DNA from: Coleofasciculus sp. B1-GNL1-01
GTDB taxonomy: Bacteria > Cyanobacteriota > Cyanobacteriia > Cyanobacteriales > Coleofasciculaceae
Strand: one strand, 5' to 3'
Length of the DNA stretch: 64,000 bases
Assembly (NCBI GenBank): GCA_040220235.1
Contig: JAVJTO010000081.1
Positions 10,557 to 21,420 of this stretch are shown in pieces (position 1 is the first letter of the stretch; each line of letters opens with the position of its first letter). The translations under genes and the position numbers were made by a program. Under the pieces are notes generated by a model, which made no database searches, was not told where the DNA came from, and saw only the letters and a list, made by a program, of their open reading frames with translations.

Positions 10557-12485
10557 CTATTCCCCAATTTCCGCCAATTCCAACCAACGTTCTGTGGCTG
10601 TATCAATAGTATGAGTCAAGGTTTCTAATTTCTGATAAAGTTCCTGCACCTGATCCACTTTACCAGGAGATGAATTATACAGCGCTTTTTCCACCTCTGC
10701 CTTCTCCGCTTCCAGTTGGGGAATTTTATCCTCTAATTCTTCAAACTCGCGCCGTTCCCAATTAGAAAGCCGACGCGGTTTTCCATTACCAGACGATTGC
10801 GTTGTCAGCGTTTCCCCATTTGCCGACTTTTCTGACTTCTGTTGCATCTTAGCACTGGCTTCAGCCGCTGCTGCTTCCGCTTCCTTGTAATCCAGATACA
10901 CAGAATAGTTACCCGGATACTGACGCAGAATTCCTTCTGATTCTAAGGCAAAAATTTTGTTGACGGTGCGATCTAAAAAATAGCGATCGTGAGATACCAC
11001 AATCACACAGCCATTGAAATTTTCTAGGTAATCTTCTAATACCGAAAGCGTTTGTACATCTAAATCATTGGTCGGTTCGTCCAAAATTAACACATTGGGA
11101 GCGCTCATTAAAACACGTAACAAAAATAGGCGGCGCTTTTCTCCTCCAGACAGTTTATGAATGGGAATGTATTGTTGATTCGGTGGAAACAGAAACCGTT
11201 CTAACATTTGTGACGCCGTAATCAGCGTTCCATCCCCAGCTTTCACATATTCTGCCACTTCTTTGAGGTAATCAATCACTCGTTGATCTTGATTGATTGC
11301 CATTAGTAAATCATCAGAATGCTGGTCAAAATAGCCGATATGAATCGTTGCGCCAATATCCACCTCACCTGAATCCGGCTCAATTCGCCCAGTGATAATA
11401 TCCATTAATGTGGATTTACCACTCCCATTTTCGCCAATAATGCCAACGCGATCGTCGGGACTAAATTCGTAGGTAAAGTTTTGGATTAACGTGCGATCGC
11501 CATACCCTTTAGAGACATTCTCTAACTCAATCACTTTCTTGCCAATCCGACGACTGGCTGTGGAAATATCGACTTTGCCTTGAGCCTGTTTAAACTCTTG
11601 ATCCTGCATCTGATGGATGCGGTCAATTCGCGCTTTCTGCTTCGTACTCCGCGCTTTTGGACCTCGTTTCAGCCATTCCAACTCTCGCCGCAATACATTC
11701 TGATGTTTCCGTTCTTGACTGACGGCAGTTTCTTCAGCTAGGGCTTTTTTCTCTAAGTAGTAGGCATAGTTGCCATTGTAGGTATAAATATCACCTCTGT
11801 CAATTTCAATAATCCGATTGGTGACTTGATCCAAAAAATAGCGATCGTGGGTAATTAATAGAATGGCTCCCGGATAAGATTTTAAATATCCCTGTAACCA
11901 TTCTACCGACATAGCATCTAAATGGTTGGTGGGTTCATCCATCAGTAAAACATCGGGTTCTGATAGTAACGCTGTCGCCAAGGCGATGCGCTTCCGATAA
12001 CCTCCGGATAAATTACCAATGGGTGTATCAAAGTCTTGAATTCCTAGCTTCGTGAGGATGACTTTGGCACTGGTTTCTAAGTCCCAAGCGCCTAGAGTTT
12101 CGATGCGCTGCGTCACCTGAGATAAACGTGCCATCACTTGTTTATCGTCTGAATTTCGTGCCAATTTGTGGGATAATTCCTCATAATCCCGGATGAGTCT
12201 CATCTGTTCACCACTATCGGCAAAGATCTGTTCTAATACGGTACGATTTTCATCTAAGTCCGGTTGTTGGGGTAAGTAAGCAATTCTCGCGCCGGGATTG
12301 ACCAGAAATTGACCACCATCAATGGGTTCCAGTCCAGCAATCATTTTTAATAGAGTGGATTTACCCGATCCATTCGTACCGATTAAGCCGACTTTATCGG
12401 TAGCATCGAGGCTAAAGCTGGCATCTTTGAGGATTTCTTTAATGCCAAAATCTTTTTTAACGGATTGCAGCGTGAAGATACTCAT
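10557..12485 (-). CDS. ABC-F family ATP-binding protein (Uup-like)
   Basis: Two ABC cassettes (GTNGSGKS/LSGG/DEPTNHLD and GENGSGKS/LSGG/DEPTNDLD), coiled C-terminus, no TM. Confidence 0.95.
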   Translation of the reverse strand: MSIFTLQSVKKDFGIKEILKDASFSLDATDKVGLIGTNGSGKSTLLKMIAGLEPIDGGQFLVNPGARIAYLPQQPDLDENRTVLEQIFADSGEQMRLIRDYEELSHKLARNSDDKQVMARLSQVTQRIETLGAWDLETSAKVILTKLGIQDFDTPIGNLSGGYRKRIALATALLSEPDVLLMDEPTNHLDAMSVEWLQGYLKSYPGAILLITHDRYFLDQVTNRIIEIDRGDIYTYNGNYAYYLEKKALAEETAVSQERKHQNVLRRELEWLKRGPKARSTKQKARIDRIHQMQDQEFKQAQGKVDISTASRRIGKKVIELENVSKGYGDRTLIQNFTYEFSPDDRVGIIGENGSGKSTLMDIITGRIEPDSGEVDIGATIHIGYFDQHSDDLLMAINQDQRVIDYLKEVAEYVKAGDGTLITASQMLERFLFPPNQQYIPIHKLSGGEKRRLFLLRVLMSAPNVLILDEPTNDLDVQTLSVLEDYLENFNGCVIVVSHDRYFLDRTVNKIFALESEGILRQYPGNYSVYLDYKEAEAAAAEASAKMQQKSEKSANGETLTTQSSGNGKPRRLSNWERREFEELEDKIPQLEAEKAEVEKALYNSSPGKVDQVQELYQKLETLTHTIDTATERWLELAEIGE

Positions 12486-12824
12486 TAAGTTTCTAACTTG
12501 ATCCTATTTCTAAATTTGCCCTATTTATTGATTGATGGGAAAACAGTGGGTGCGTCTCTGCACGTAAAACTGTTTCATGTCATCTGCAGTTGTGTCGTTT
12601 GTCTATCATACCTGTAGTTATTGGGACAAAAACCTTACTCTTCTATTCTTTTACCCTTTTACCCCTTCCCCACTCTATACAACCAATGTTACCGGACTTG
12701 ATATTATCCCTCATCCTTATTTTCACGCTAACACGTTCAAATTAAATTCGCGATCGCAACACAGACAGATCCCCGACTTCTTCAAGGGGATCTTGCTTAG
12801 GCTGTAGTAAGTTGACACAGCTAG

Positions 12825-13286
12825 CTAAGTCTCCTCCCCAATTCTGCTGCACTCAGTTTGTGTCACCTGATGGCGATAGCTAAAGAGTTGTTCGAGTTGG
12901 GCGTCTACCCACCAATCCAACAGCCTCTCAACTAGCCATCCTCCCGGTAATCCATATTCAATCCTATCGGTTAAGCGGGTTTTGCCTGCTTCTGGATTAA
13001 ATTGGTGGCGATGAACCCAATACGCCATCGGTCCTTCCTTCTGTTTATCCGTAAAGATGGAATAGGGTTCGCATTCGATGTGAATCGCTACCCAGCGCAG
13101 CGGAATTGGACCGACAAATAGACGAAATTCCGAAATCGCACCCACACCTAACCCACCTTCGCGACGTACAACCTGAACAGGTTGCCAAGGCGGAGTAAGT
13201 CGTTCTAGGATATCTGGACGCTCGTGAAAGTTCCAGACAACCTCCACGGGTGCGTCAATGAGCGTGGACTTGCGATAGTGCAACAT
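12825..13286 (-). CDS. SRPBCC family protein
   Basis: VWNFHE.P..L..LTPPW, F.D.Q..GP...W.H.H.F and LF.YRH motifs. Confidence 0.88.
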   Translation of the reverse strand: MLHYRKSTLIDAPVEVVWNFHERPDILERLTPPWQPVQVVRREGGLGVGAISEFRLFVGPIPLRWVAIHIECEPYSIFTDKQKEGPMAYWVHRHQFNPEAGKTRLTDRIEYGLPGGWLVERLLDWWVDAQLEQLFSYRHQVTQTECSRIGEET

Positions 13287-13487
13287 AAAACTATTATCAC
13301 TGATTTTTCAGGTTGATTCCCAGCGCGTTGAACTTGGCACGATCTAGGGTATCGTGATGTCAGACCCATAAGTTTGATCTAAGTTCAGTATCAAGTTACA
13401 CAATACGTCAACGCGATCGCTAACATCTCTTTTCCATACTGAAAACAGCACAGCAAACAGCGTTGAAAACAGGGAATTGGGGGATTT

Positions 13488-13841
13488 ATGACACAGAATT
13501 TGACCAAGCTGCAACTGACGAACATCGGCTGGACAGATGGTTTTGCTATTTGGCGAGTCCGGAACCTGAATAATGTCGATATTCAGTATAATTGGGATGT
13601 TTATGAAACTGGTCAGGCGGGTCAGGGGATTGCTTTAGCCAAATACGATGTATTTTTCTACACGTCTTTAGTCAGAGGACCAAATACAGCGAGAGTATTA
13701 GTCAATGGTATCCAGCAAATGGTTAAATCCGCCCATTTAAACTATGCATTTTATCACAGTATTGAACCCCTGCCTGAACCCATTCCTCCTAGTTTAGAAC
13801 TCCAGAGTCTTGATCAGAAACAGCTTTGTGTGATGATTTAG
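13488..13841 (+). CDS. Hypothetical protein
   Basis: 117-aa ORF with a GGGGA RBS-like sequence; beta-rich composition. Confidence 0.6.
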   Translation: MTQNLTKLQLTNIGWTDGFAIWRVRNLNNVDIQYNWDVYETGQAGQGIALAKYDVFFYTSLVRGPNTARVLVNGIQQMVKSAHLNYAFYHSIEPLPEPIPPSLELQSLDQKQLCVMI

Positions 13842-13987
13842 GGATCTCTTAATTAAAATGAGGACAAGGGGATAATGGAATAAGGAAGATAGGGGAGATG
13901 AGGGAGATGGGGTGTAGGGGGAAGCTTCTGGGAACAGAAAAGACAAGGATATTTCAAAATTATCTTAATCACAAATCACTTATAGCC

Positions 13988-14554
13988 ATGCAACAGTTAG
14001 AAAAAAAACTTACACTTGAAGACTTTCTGGCAATGCCAGAGTCAGATGTAACTCACGAATTAGTCAAGGGCGAGGCAGTACCAAAAATGTCACCAAAACG
14101 ATTTCATGCTAGGGTAACGGGTGCTTTGTATACGCTTTTGAACCAGTGGTGTCAGGAACAGGGAGAAGTGAATCCCGAATGGGCGATCGCGTTAAAACGT
14201 CGGGGTGAAGACTGGGTTCCTGTGCCAGATTTAACCTATATTTCTTATCAGCGACTACCGACAGACGTGATGGAAGATGAACCTTGTCCAGTTCCCCCAG
14301 AATTAGCCATTGAAATTATTTCACAGGGACAAAGATTTGGCACATTGATCGAGAAAGCCACCGATTATCTAGAAGCGGGAGTCTTACGAGTTTGGATTGT
14401 CGATCCTCACGCCAGAAGTATCACCGTTTTCTATCCCGATGCGCCACCGCGAACCTATACGAAAGATATGGTGATCACCGATTCGTTGTTTGAGGGATTA
14501 GAATTGACGCCGCAGCAGATATTTGGCGAAGCGAGATTACCTGAGAAGGATTAA
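13988..14554 (+). CDS. Uma2 family PD-(D/E)XK endonuclease-like protein
   Basis: LTLEDFL, ELVKG, VPDL, PELAIEIIS and Y..AGV..VWIVDP; start moved to ATG 13988. Confidence 0.92.
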   Translation: MQQLEKKLTLEDFLAMPESDVTHELVKGEAVPKMSPKRFHARVTGALYTLLNQWCQEQGEVNPEWAIALKRRGEDWVPVPDLTYISYQRLPTDVMEDEPCPVPPELAIEIISQGQRFGTLIEKATDYLEAGVLRVWIVDPHARSITVFYPDAPPRTYTKDMVITDSLFEGLELTPQQIFGEARLPEKD

Positions 14555-14812
14555 TCTGCTTTTGAAACCCCTTTTTATAGCTTGGGTATTTTTTCCTTCT
14601 GCCCTCTTCTGCCCTCTGCCTTGTTCCTTACACCGCTATCAGAAAAAATGTACCCCTTGCTCCTCCAGCTTCCCCGGCTTCCCTCGCTCCCCCTCACCAC
14701 AGCACTTATTCAGCAGCCCCTACTTACTCACCAGGCGGTTGGGTAAACCTCACCCCCCGACTCCAGGAGTCACGCTAGGATATTTACATAAGTTAACAAT
14801 CCTAGCGTAACC

Positions 14813-15073
14813 ATGATTAATCTGATCGAATCCACCAAAGACTACTGGAGAAAGCTTGACGAGTTAGAAGCCGCCTACAAGCGAGGCGATGTCTCCGTTG
14901 AGGAAGTTGATGTTAGAGTGGCTCAACTCATGGATGAACTCGGTCATGAACGTAGAGTAACCTTAAGTTCCATAAGGCAAAGTATACTTCGGCTTTGGCA
15001 AGACCAACGCGAAACTCTCCTTGGCTTCGCGTTTCTGGCAATTTTGACTTATGCTTGGTTCATCTTCAATTAG
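14813..15073 (+). CDS. Small hypothetical protein with C-terminal TM helix
   Basis: 86-aa ORF; YW..LD.LE.AY..G..S.EEVD.RV..LM.ELG. Confidence 0.7.
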   Translation: MINLIESTKDYWRKLDELEAAYKRGDVSVEEVDVRVAQLMDELGHERRVTLSSIRQSILRLWQDQRETLLGFAFLAILTYAWFIFN

Positions 15074-15207
15074 GCTAAGTCGGTGGAGACAATTAAAGTG
15101 AATGATACTGACTGGTATGCTGGTGGGCAATGCCCACCCTACGGCATGTCCGTTGATTTCCACCACTATACTTATACCCAGTTGTTGGAAAAATAGGTGA
15201 ATATCTT

Positions 15208-15666
15208 ATGGAAAAAGCGACATTTGGAGCAGGCTGTTTTTGGGGAGTAGAGGCGGCATTTCGTCGATTAAATGGCGTTACTTCTACATCCGTCGGCTAT
15301 ATGGGAGGACATTTTGAGAACCCTTCCTATTTGGATGTTTGTGCCAGAATTACTGGACATGCAGAAGTGGTGCAAGTGGAGTATGATCCGTCTCAAATTT
15401 CCTACGATGACCTGCTGAATGTTTTTTGGTCAATTCATGACCCTACCCAGTATAATCGTCAGGGACCCGATCGCGGCGAGCAATACCGCTCGGTTGTATT
15501 TTTCCACAATCGGGATCAGGAGAAAGCTGCCAGAGAGTCAAAGCGCAAGCTTCAGATGTCTGGTAAGTATGACCAGGATATTATGACCGAAATTAAACCC
15601 GCTTCTGATTATTATTTCGCCGAAGAGTATCATCAGCAGTATTACGAGAAGAAAGGACGACCTTGA
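15208..15666 (+). CDS. msrA: Peptide-methionine (S)-S-oxide reductase
   Basis: GCFWG, TGHAE, HDPT..NRQG.D.G.QYRS and AEEYHQ.Y. Confidence 0.97.
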   Translation: MEKATFGAGCFWGVEAAFRRLNGVTSTSVGYMGGHFENPSYLDVCARITGHAEVVQVEYDPSQISYDDLLNVFWSIHDPTQYNRQGPDRGEQYRSVVFFHNRDQEKAARESKRKLQMSGKYDQDIMTEIKPASDYYFAEEYHQQYYEKKGRP

Positions 15667-15989
15667 TTGTCATTCGTCATTCGTCATTCGTCATTCGTCA
15701 TTCATCATTCATCATTTGTCATTTGTCATACTTGAAGAGCGCGAGAAGCAAGCTACGTCATTCCTCATTTGTTAAATTATGCCTTCTAGTTGATGCGTTA
15801 CGCTACCCTTCGCGAACACTGCACGAACGCTAACACACTACTGGATTGGCACTACCTAAATTGATGGTAATAATTGGGTTCGTAGTAGGGAACCTTAGCC
15901 CTAGATCCGGTTGGGTTGAGCGAAGTCGAAACCCAACCTACAACCTATTCCACCATTTTAGCTGGGTCACGCTACTACGGTTGCTAGAG

Positions 15990-17633
15990 TTAACTGGGTT
16001 GGTTTTCTAGCTGGATGACGACTTTAACGTTATACTCCTCTTCAAACACGACTTTTTTATCTTCTAAACTCCAAACTTCTAAGGCACAGGTATCATTGGG
16101 ATCTACAGGTGTCAGACGCAAACATAATTCTTTGTCCTCTGGTATATAGTGGCAGCGGATTTTAGAAATTGCCCCAATCTGTCGGCGATCTAGAGCAACA
16201 GCCAAACGTAAGAAAGGACTGATTTCTTTGACTAGATGCCGATAGTATTTGTTGGGTAAATTATTGTAATTGTCGTGCTTTTTCTTGGGTGAACTCTTGC
16301 GATGGTAACGAGCTAAGTTAGCGATCACTTCAATTTCAATATCGGTGAAACCCAGTAATTCACCGTTGCGAATCAGGTAATAGGAATGCTTATGATGTGA
16401 AGAATGACTCACATACAAACCACAATTGTGCAAAATTGCCGCCGCCCACAACAATTCTCGTGCTTCGGTTCCCCAATTATTTAGCTGTCCTTTGGTTTGA
16501 TTAAATAAGCTGACGGCAAAGTTAGCCACCCGTTCACTAGAGGCTAAATTAACGTGATATTTTTGCGCGACTTTAATGATATTGCGTTTGCGAACTTCGC
16601 CTTGATACCGCAGTCTGTCTTCAATTAAGCCTTGGGAAAGCATCCAGTCTACGATAACTCCCTCTCGCAAAGCGCGTTCTCCGACGGTGAGGGACTGAAT
16701 GCCTAACATCGTCATGGCTTCTAGTAAAATAATTGCGCCCGCCACGATAATTTCGGCTCGTTTATCCGCAAGTCCAGAGAGTTTTTCCCGTTCAGCACAG
16801 GTGAGTGCGGCAAGGTGTTTGACGATATCTTTGAGATCATTGCGGTTGAATTCATAGCCATTCAGGGGACTAGGTATTACCCCTAAATGTTCTTTGGCGT
16901 GAAGGGCGGCTAGGGTTTCAATTGTCCCCGAGGTTCCAACTAAGCGAGGCTTTTCTCCGGGTTCGATATTGGCTAAGATATCTTCAACGGCGCGTTCGAT
17001 GCGTCCCCGAATATAGGCTTGTAAATATTGAAACTCGCGATCGCTAATCGGATCAGTGGTAATGAATTCACGGGTTAAGCGTACTGCGCCGACTTTGGTG
17101 CTGGTGAGGGAACGGGGGGCGTGGCTGTCGCCTAAGATTAATTCCGTGGAACCGCCGCCAATATCGATGATGATGTGAGGTTGGTTATTAAATTCCATTC
17201 CCGACAAGACGCCCAGATAAATCCGCCTTGCTTCTTCTTGACCGGAAATGAGGTTGACAAATAACCCTAATTGTGAATCAACTTGTTGTAAAAAGTCGCG
17301 TCCATTGGGGGCTTCCCGTACCGCACTCGTCGCCACAGCAACCAGGTGATCCGCCTGAAAACTTTTCGCTAACGCCTGACAACGTTGCAACGCCGCGATC
17401 GCACGTTTGATGGCTTGGGGGGTTAAATTTCCGGTGTGGGGATCACGTTCCCCCAGTCGCACCGTATCTTTTTCTTTCGCGATAATCGTAAACGAAGGAA
17501 GCGTCGGGTCAATCCGGACAATGACCATGTGAATCGAATTCGTGCCAATATCAATGGCAGCCAGAATGCGATCATTGTCTGTGGTTGGAGTCGAAACTCC
17601 TGCTGAATTCCCTTTGGCAGCTAAATCGATCAT
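15990..17633 (-). CDS. ppx: Exopolyphosphatase Ppx/GppA
   Basis: IDIGTNS, ATSAVREA, DIGGGSTE, ALREG and a C-terminal HD-like region; start placed at MIDLAA. Confidence 0.93.
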   Translation of the reverse strand: MIDLAAKGNSAGVSTPTTDNDRILAAIDIGTNSIHMVIVRIDPTLPSFTIIAKEKDTVRLGERDPHTGNLTPQAIKRAIAALQRCQALAKSFQADHLVAVATSAVREAPNGRDFLQQVDSQLGLFVNLISGQEEARRIYLGVLSGMEFNNQPHIIIDIGGGSTELILGDSHAPRSLTSTKVGAVRLTREFITTDPISDREFQYLQAYIRGRIERAVEDILANIEPGEKPRLVGTSGTIETLAALHAKEHLGVIPSPLNGYEFNRNDLKDIVKHLAALTCAEREKLSGLADKRAEIIVAGAIILLEAMTMLGIQSLTVGERALREGVIVDWMLSQGLIEDRLRYQGEVRKRNIIKVAQKYHVNLASSERVANFAVSLFNQTKGQLNNWGTEARELLWAAAILHNCGLYVSHSSHHKHSYYLIRNGELLGFTDIEIEVIANLARYHRKSSPKKKHDNYNNLPNKYYRHLVKEISPFLRLAVALDRRQIGAISKIRCHYIPEDKELCLRLTPVDPNDTCALEVWSLEDKKVVFEEEYNVKVVIQLENQPS

Positions 17634-17784
17634 TCTTGTATTCGGGATTACAACTCTAGCCGTGATGCTATTGACAACGATAACTTTAAATCTGCTCAAA
17701 TCGACAGTAGCAAAGTGTTGCGTTATCTTAACGATATAGATTTACCCTAATTTAGTGAAGACCCGATAAAAGACCTGAGCATCG

Positions 17785-18669
17785 ATGCTGACCGACCAAC
17801 ACCCTCCCTCAATACCAACTTGGCTAGCGATCGCGCGGCTGTTGCGCTGGGATAAACCAGCCGGACGCTTAATTTTAATGGTTCCGGCGCTGTGGGCAGT
17901 TTTCTTAGCCGCCCAGGGTACACCCCCGATTCCCCTCGTCGGTGTGATTATTCTGGGAACCTTAGCCACGAGTGCGGCGGGTTGCGTGGTTAACGATTTG
18001 TGGGATCGCGACATTGATCCGCAAGTCGAACGCACCAAAGAACGTCCCTTAGCCTCTCGCGCCCTGTCTGTACAAGTTGGCGTGGTGGTGGTGTTAGTGG
18101 CGATGAGTTGTGCAGGTATCCTCGCCCTGTATCTCAATCCCTTCACCTTTTGGCTGTGCGTCGCCGCTATTCCCGTGATTGTATTTTATCCATCCGCCAA
18201 GCGCGTTTTTCCGATTCCTCAGTTAGTCTTATCCATCGCTTGGGGGTTTGCGGTTTTAATCAGTTGGAGTGCGGTTACTGGGAATTTACAACCCGCCACT
18301 TGGTTATTGTGGACAGCAACGGTAATGTGGACATTAGGATTTGATACTGTTTATGCGATGTCTGATCGGGACGATGACCAGAAGCTTGGGGTTAAGTCTA
18401 GCGCCTTGTTTTTTGGGGACTACGCCCCGGAAGCCGTGGGTCTATTTTTTGCCGCCACAGTGGGATTTTTGGCGAGATTGGGATTTGTCATGCAGCTACA
18501 CTGGGGCTTTTGGATTGCTTTAGGTATAGCCACGATCGGGTGGATTTGGCACTATACGCGACTGCGCCAACCTGATATTCCCAAACCCGTTTATGGGGGA
18601 ATTTTCCGCCAAAATGTCTGGATTGGTTTTGTTCTATTGGCAGGGATGATTGGGGGTTTGGTTTTGTAG
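17785..18669 (+). CDS. plqA: 4-hydroxybenzoate solanesyltransferase (UbiA family)
   Basis: RWDKPAG, NDLWDRDID..V.RT..RPL and DTVYA.SD..DD; multiple TM helices. Confidence 0.92.
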   Translation: MLTDQHPPSIPTWLAIARLLRWDKPAGRLILMVPALWAVFLAAQGTPPIPLVGVIILGTLATSAAGCVVNDLWDRDIDPQVERTKERPLASRALSVQVGVVVVLVAMSCAGILALYLNPFTFWLCVAAIPVIVFYPSAKRVFPIPQLVLSIAWGFAVLISWSAVTGNLQPATWLLWTATVMWTLGFDTVYAMSDRDDDQKLGVKSSALFFGDYAPEAVGLFFAATVGFLARLGFVMQLHWGFWIALGIATIGWIWHYTRLRQPDIPKPVYGGIFRQNVWIGFVLLAGMIGGLVL

Positions 18670-18835
18670 AGATAACTATACCAAAAGGCAGAAGACAGCA
18701 GGTGATTGATTACTGATAAGCTGATGTGCATTGAAATTGTATATCATCTGTTCCCTGTTCCCCGTTCCCTGTTGCCTTTTAAGTATTCAACCGGACATGA
18801 TATCATTCATCTAAATAGCGCTCATCAAAAGAATC

Positions 18836-19168
18836 ATGAAAAAAATCCACACCTTATCGGCGGTAATGAGTACCTTAATCTTGGTACTTATGAGCGCACC
18901 TAGAGGAAATTCGCAAACGCCTGATGTAACACCCCAAGAACCGACGAATACCTATCCTCCTGAGATGGTTCAAGTTTATATCGAGAACTGTGTTGGCGAT
19001 CGCCCAGAGGAAATCAGGGCATTTTGTACCTGTACGATTGAGAAGATTCAAGAGACTTACACCCTAGATGAATTCATGCAAATTGGTCAAGACTTGCAAG
19101 CCGGTCAGCCCGAACCGGAGGAGTTTAGGCAAATCATCACCTCTTGTGTACCCAATCAAGTTAATTAA
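18836..19168 (+). CDS. Hypothetical secreted Cys-containing protein
   Basis: Signal peptide; YP......Y...C...C.C....IQ..Y....F...C. Confidence 0.7.
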   Translation: MKKIHTLSAVMSTLILVLMSAPRGNSQTPDVTPQEPTNTYPPEMVQVYIENCVGDRPEEIRAFCTCTIEKIQETYTLDEFMQIGQDLQAGQPEPEEFRQIITSCVPNQVN

Positions 19169-19220
19169 GTAGTCGGACAAAAGAAAACGGTACTGTGTTA
19201 AGTTTTGCAAATTTCCCTTC

Positions 19221-20006
19221 ATGCTACATCGCTCATCCAAAGAGGGACTTATCTGCATCACACAACCGAACCACGCCTGGGTTTCCGGTGAATTAGCCCG
19301 GGCTTGGGGAAATGAACAGTTCGGTCAGTTTGTCCCACCCAAAGAACTCTGTCTCGCCGCCGAACAACATGATATCGGCTGGCTGTTGTGGGAACAAGCG
19401 CCCACTCTCAACCCCGAAACTGGCTATCCCTATAGGTTTACTGAACTCCCAACCCAAGTCCATATCGATATCTGGACGGGTGCGAAACAGCTAGCAATGC
19501 CTTGGGGGAGGTATGTGACGTTATTCGTTTCACTCCACGGTACTGGGCTATATGAGCGATATCAAAGTTGGCAGAAAAACCCGGAGTCTAGCCGAATTGT
19601 ACAGGATTTTCTGAACAGTGAGTATGCCTTTCAAGAACAGCTTATTGCTACGTTGAAAAACGACCCCCATTATGTCCCTTATGTGACACCAGAAATTATC
19701 AAACGCAACCAAAAACTGGTAGCGACTTGGGATGCTATTTCACTAATTTTGTGTCAGAATGTGTCAGGTGAACAGCAGGTTGAGCAGGTTCCTACGGCTG
19801 AGGGTGAAACTGTTCTAACGTTGACTCATGTTAATGATGATCCTCATCAAATCATTCTATCTCCTTGGCCCCTTCAGGAGAATGAGGTAACGCTGGTTTA
19901 TGAAGGACGGCTATTACGAGAAACGTTTACAGATGAGATGGCGATGCGAGAGGCGCTGAGGCGCGATGGCGGGTTAACTCTAACCACTATTCTGACACCA
20001 GAGTAG
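19221..20006 (+). CDS. DUF3891 family protein
   Basis: ITQP.HA..SG.LA.AWGN, A..HD.GW..WE, SLH and WD..SL..C. Confidence 0.85.
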   Translation: MLHRSSKEGLICITQPNHAWVSGELARAWGNEQFGQFVPPKELCLAAEQHDIGWLLWEQAPTLNPETGYPYRFTELPTQVHIDIWTGAKQLAMPWGRYVTLFVSLHGTGLYERYQSWQKNPESSRIVQDFLNSEYAFQEQLIATLKNDPHYVPYVTPEIIKRNQKLVATWDAISLILCQNVSGEQQVEQVPTAEGETVLTLTHVNDDPHQIILSPWPLQENEVTLVYEGRLLRETFTDEMAMREALRRDGGLTLTTILTPE

Positions 20007-20170
20007 GTTTCAGGTACTTTTCCAGAGTTGACCTTAACAGTTGAGTAGATTATATTTGGGCTGGGGTAATACCAAATTCGCTTTCATAGCCCCCCTTTAA
20101 ACTTTACGTGTAGGATAAGTGGCAACGCACGATAGCGGTATATTACATTGAGTCTTAACCTGCTGTATCC

Positions 20171-21342
20171 TTACTTACTACAACTGTCAGCGCACTTACC
20201 AACTTGCGCCCAAACTTCCTTACGAGGAAAATTGGAATCCACTCTTACTAAAGGTTCTATAGCAATCCTATTTAGGTCGTGGCAATTTTCAAAAATGAAA
20301 CCCTTGCTATACCTGGGTTTCGAGCATTTTGCTTGTTGCATCCTATTTAGGATTGCTATAATTTAATAATAACGAGCTTCTCTCCAGGTTTAAGTAAACC
20401 CACACTCTCTGGTAAATATGGCTTGGGTCTATATTTCCTTAAGTTCACAGGGTTTTTTACGGTTACGGCGTCTCCTATTGATGGAACACTAAGAGCATCA
20501 ACACTAGGAGCAAATCGAGGATTTGAAGATTGAATCAGTTGCTCTTTAACAGATAAACTATTTGAGGCATTATCAACAACACCTATTCTAATCCAGCCAA
20601 TTGGAGTTATGTTTTTTATTGAATTATAAGTTGCAGTAGGTACCAATAAAGGTATCCCTGATATATGGGTTAGGTGATTGATTGCGGTTACACTCACGAG
20701 AGCAATCATAGCAGGTACGATAATAGTCTTTAGGTTTGCCTTCTTGTGCCAACGAGACTTCACTTTTTTAGAGAAGACAAAAGCATCGACAGTTGGTATA
20801 GATGCCAGATTTCTTGCAACAGAAGTTGCACCTGCTCTAAGCCATGGATAAGATTTTAGAGAAAAGGGCGAAGTGCTTTGTTCTTCAATTAAGCGCCTAA
20901 TACCTTTAGCGATATTTTCAAAGGCATTATCATAAGGTTTCCAATCGGTTACAGGTTTTTCCCCTTCAGGCAAGGCTTTGAGATTAAGATTGTCGAACGC
21001 ACTCTTCCAATTATCGACTCGGCGAAGGAGAATAGGAATGAGAATAGCTTCTTTATCCTTATGCCTTTCTTTAGCAGTTTTCAGAACGATGTCCCAGTTA
21101 TAGTCTAAAGCAAAAAAGTCTGAACTAATTAGTAACAGAATTATATCAGCTGTTCTCAATTGTGTATATGTCTCATTTTCCCATTCTTTTCCCGCACCAA
21201 TCTTTTCTGGATGCCAGGTATTGATCAAGCCTTTCCGCTGCAAAATATTGAGCTGCTTGTCTAATTTTTTTAGCATGTATTCGTCATTTTTAGAATCAGA
21301 GCAACAATATAATACTTTGATAGGTTTAGCAGGCGACATCAA
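20171..21342 (-). pseudogene. TIR-TM-SH3-like protein interrupted near its 3' end by a MITE (current ORF 20356-21342)
   Basis: N-terminal TIR (W....I.AG.EW, ADIILLLISSDF, ILIPILLR, LP...KPV..W), one TM segment and an SH3-like tail; removing 20258-20358 restores 28 in-frame residues. Confidence 0.8.
20260..20358. mobile_element. 99-bp MITE with TA target duplication
   Basis: Ends TAGCAATCCTA...TAGGATTGCTA flanked by TA on both sides (20258-59 and 20359-60). Confidence 0.85.
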
Positions 21343-21420
21343 TTTCAGTACCTCTAAATTCGATATTAAATAGAGTTTACTTTGAACATCTATAGATCTT
21401 ATTAGAAGACAGCTATGTGT

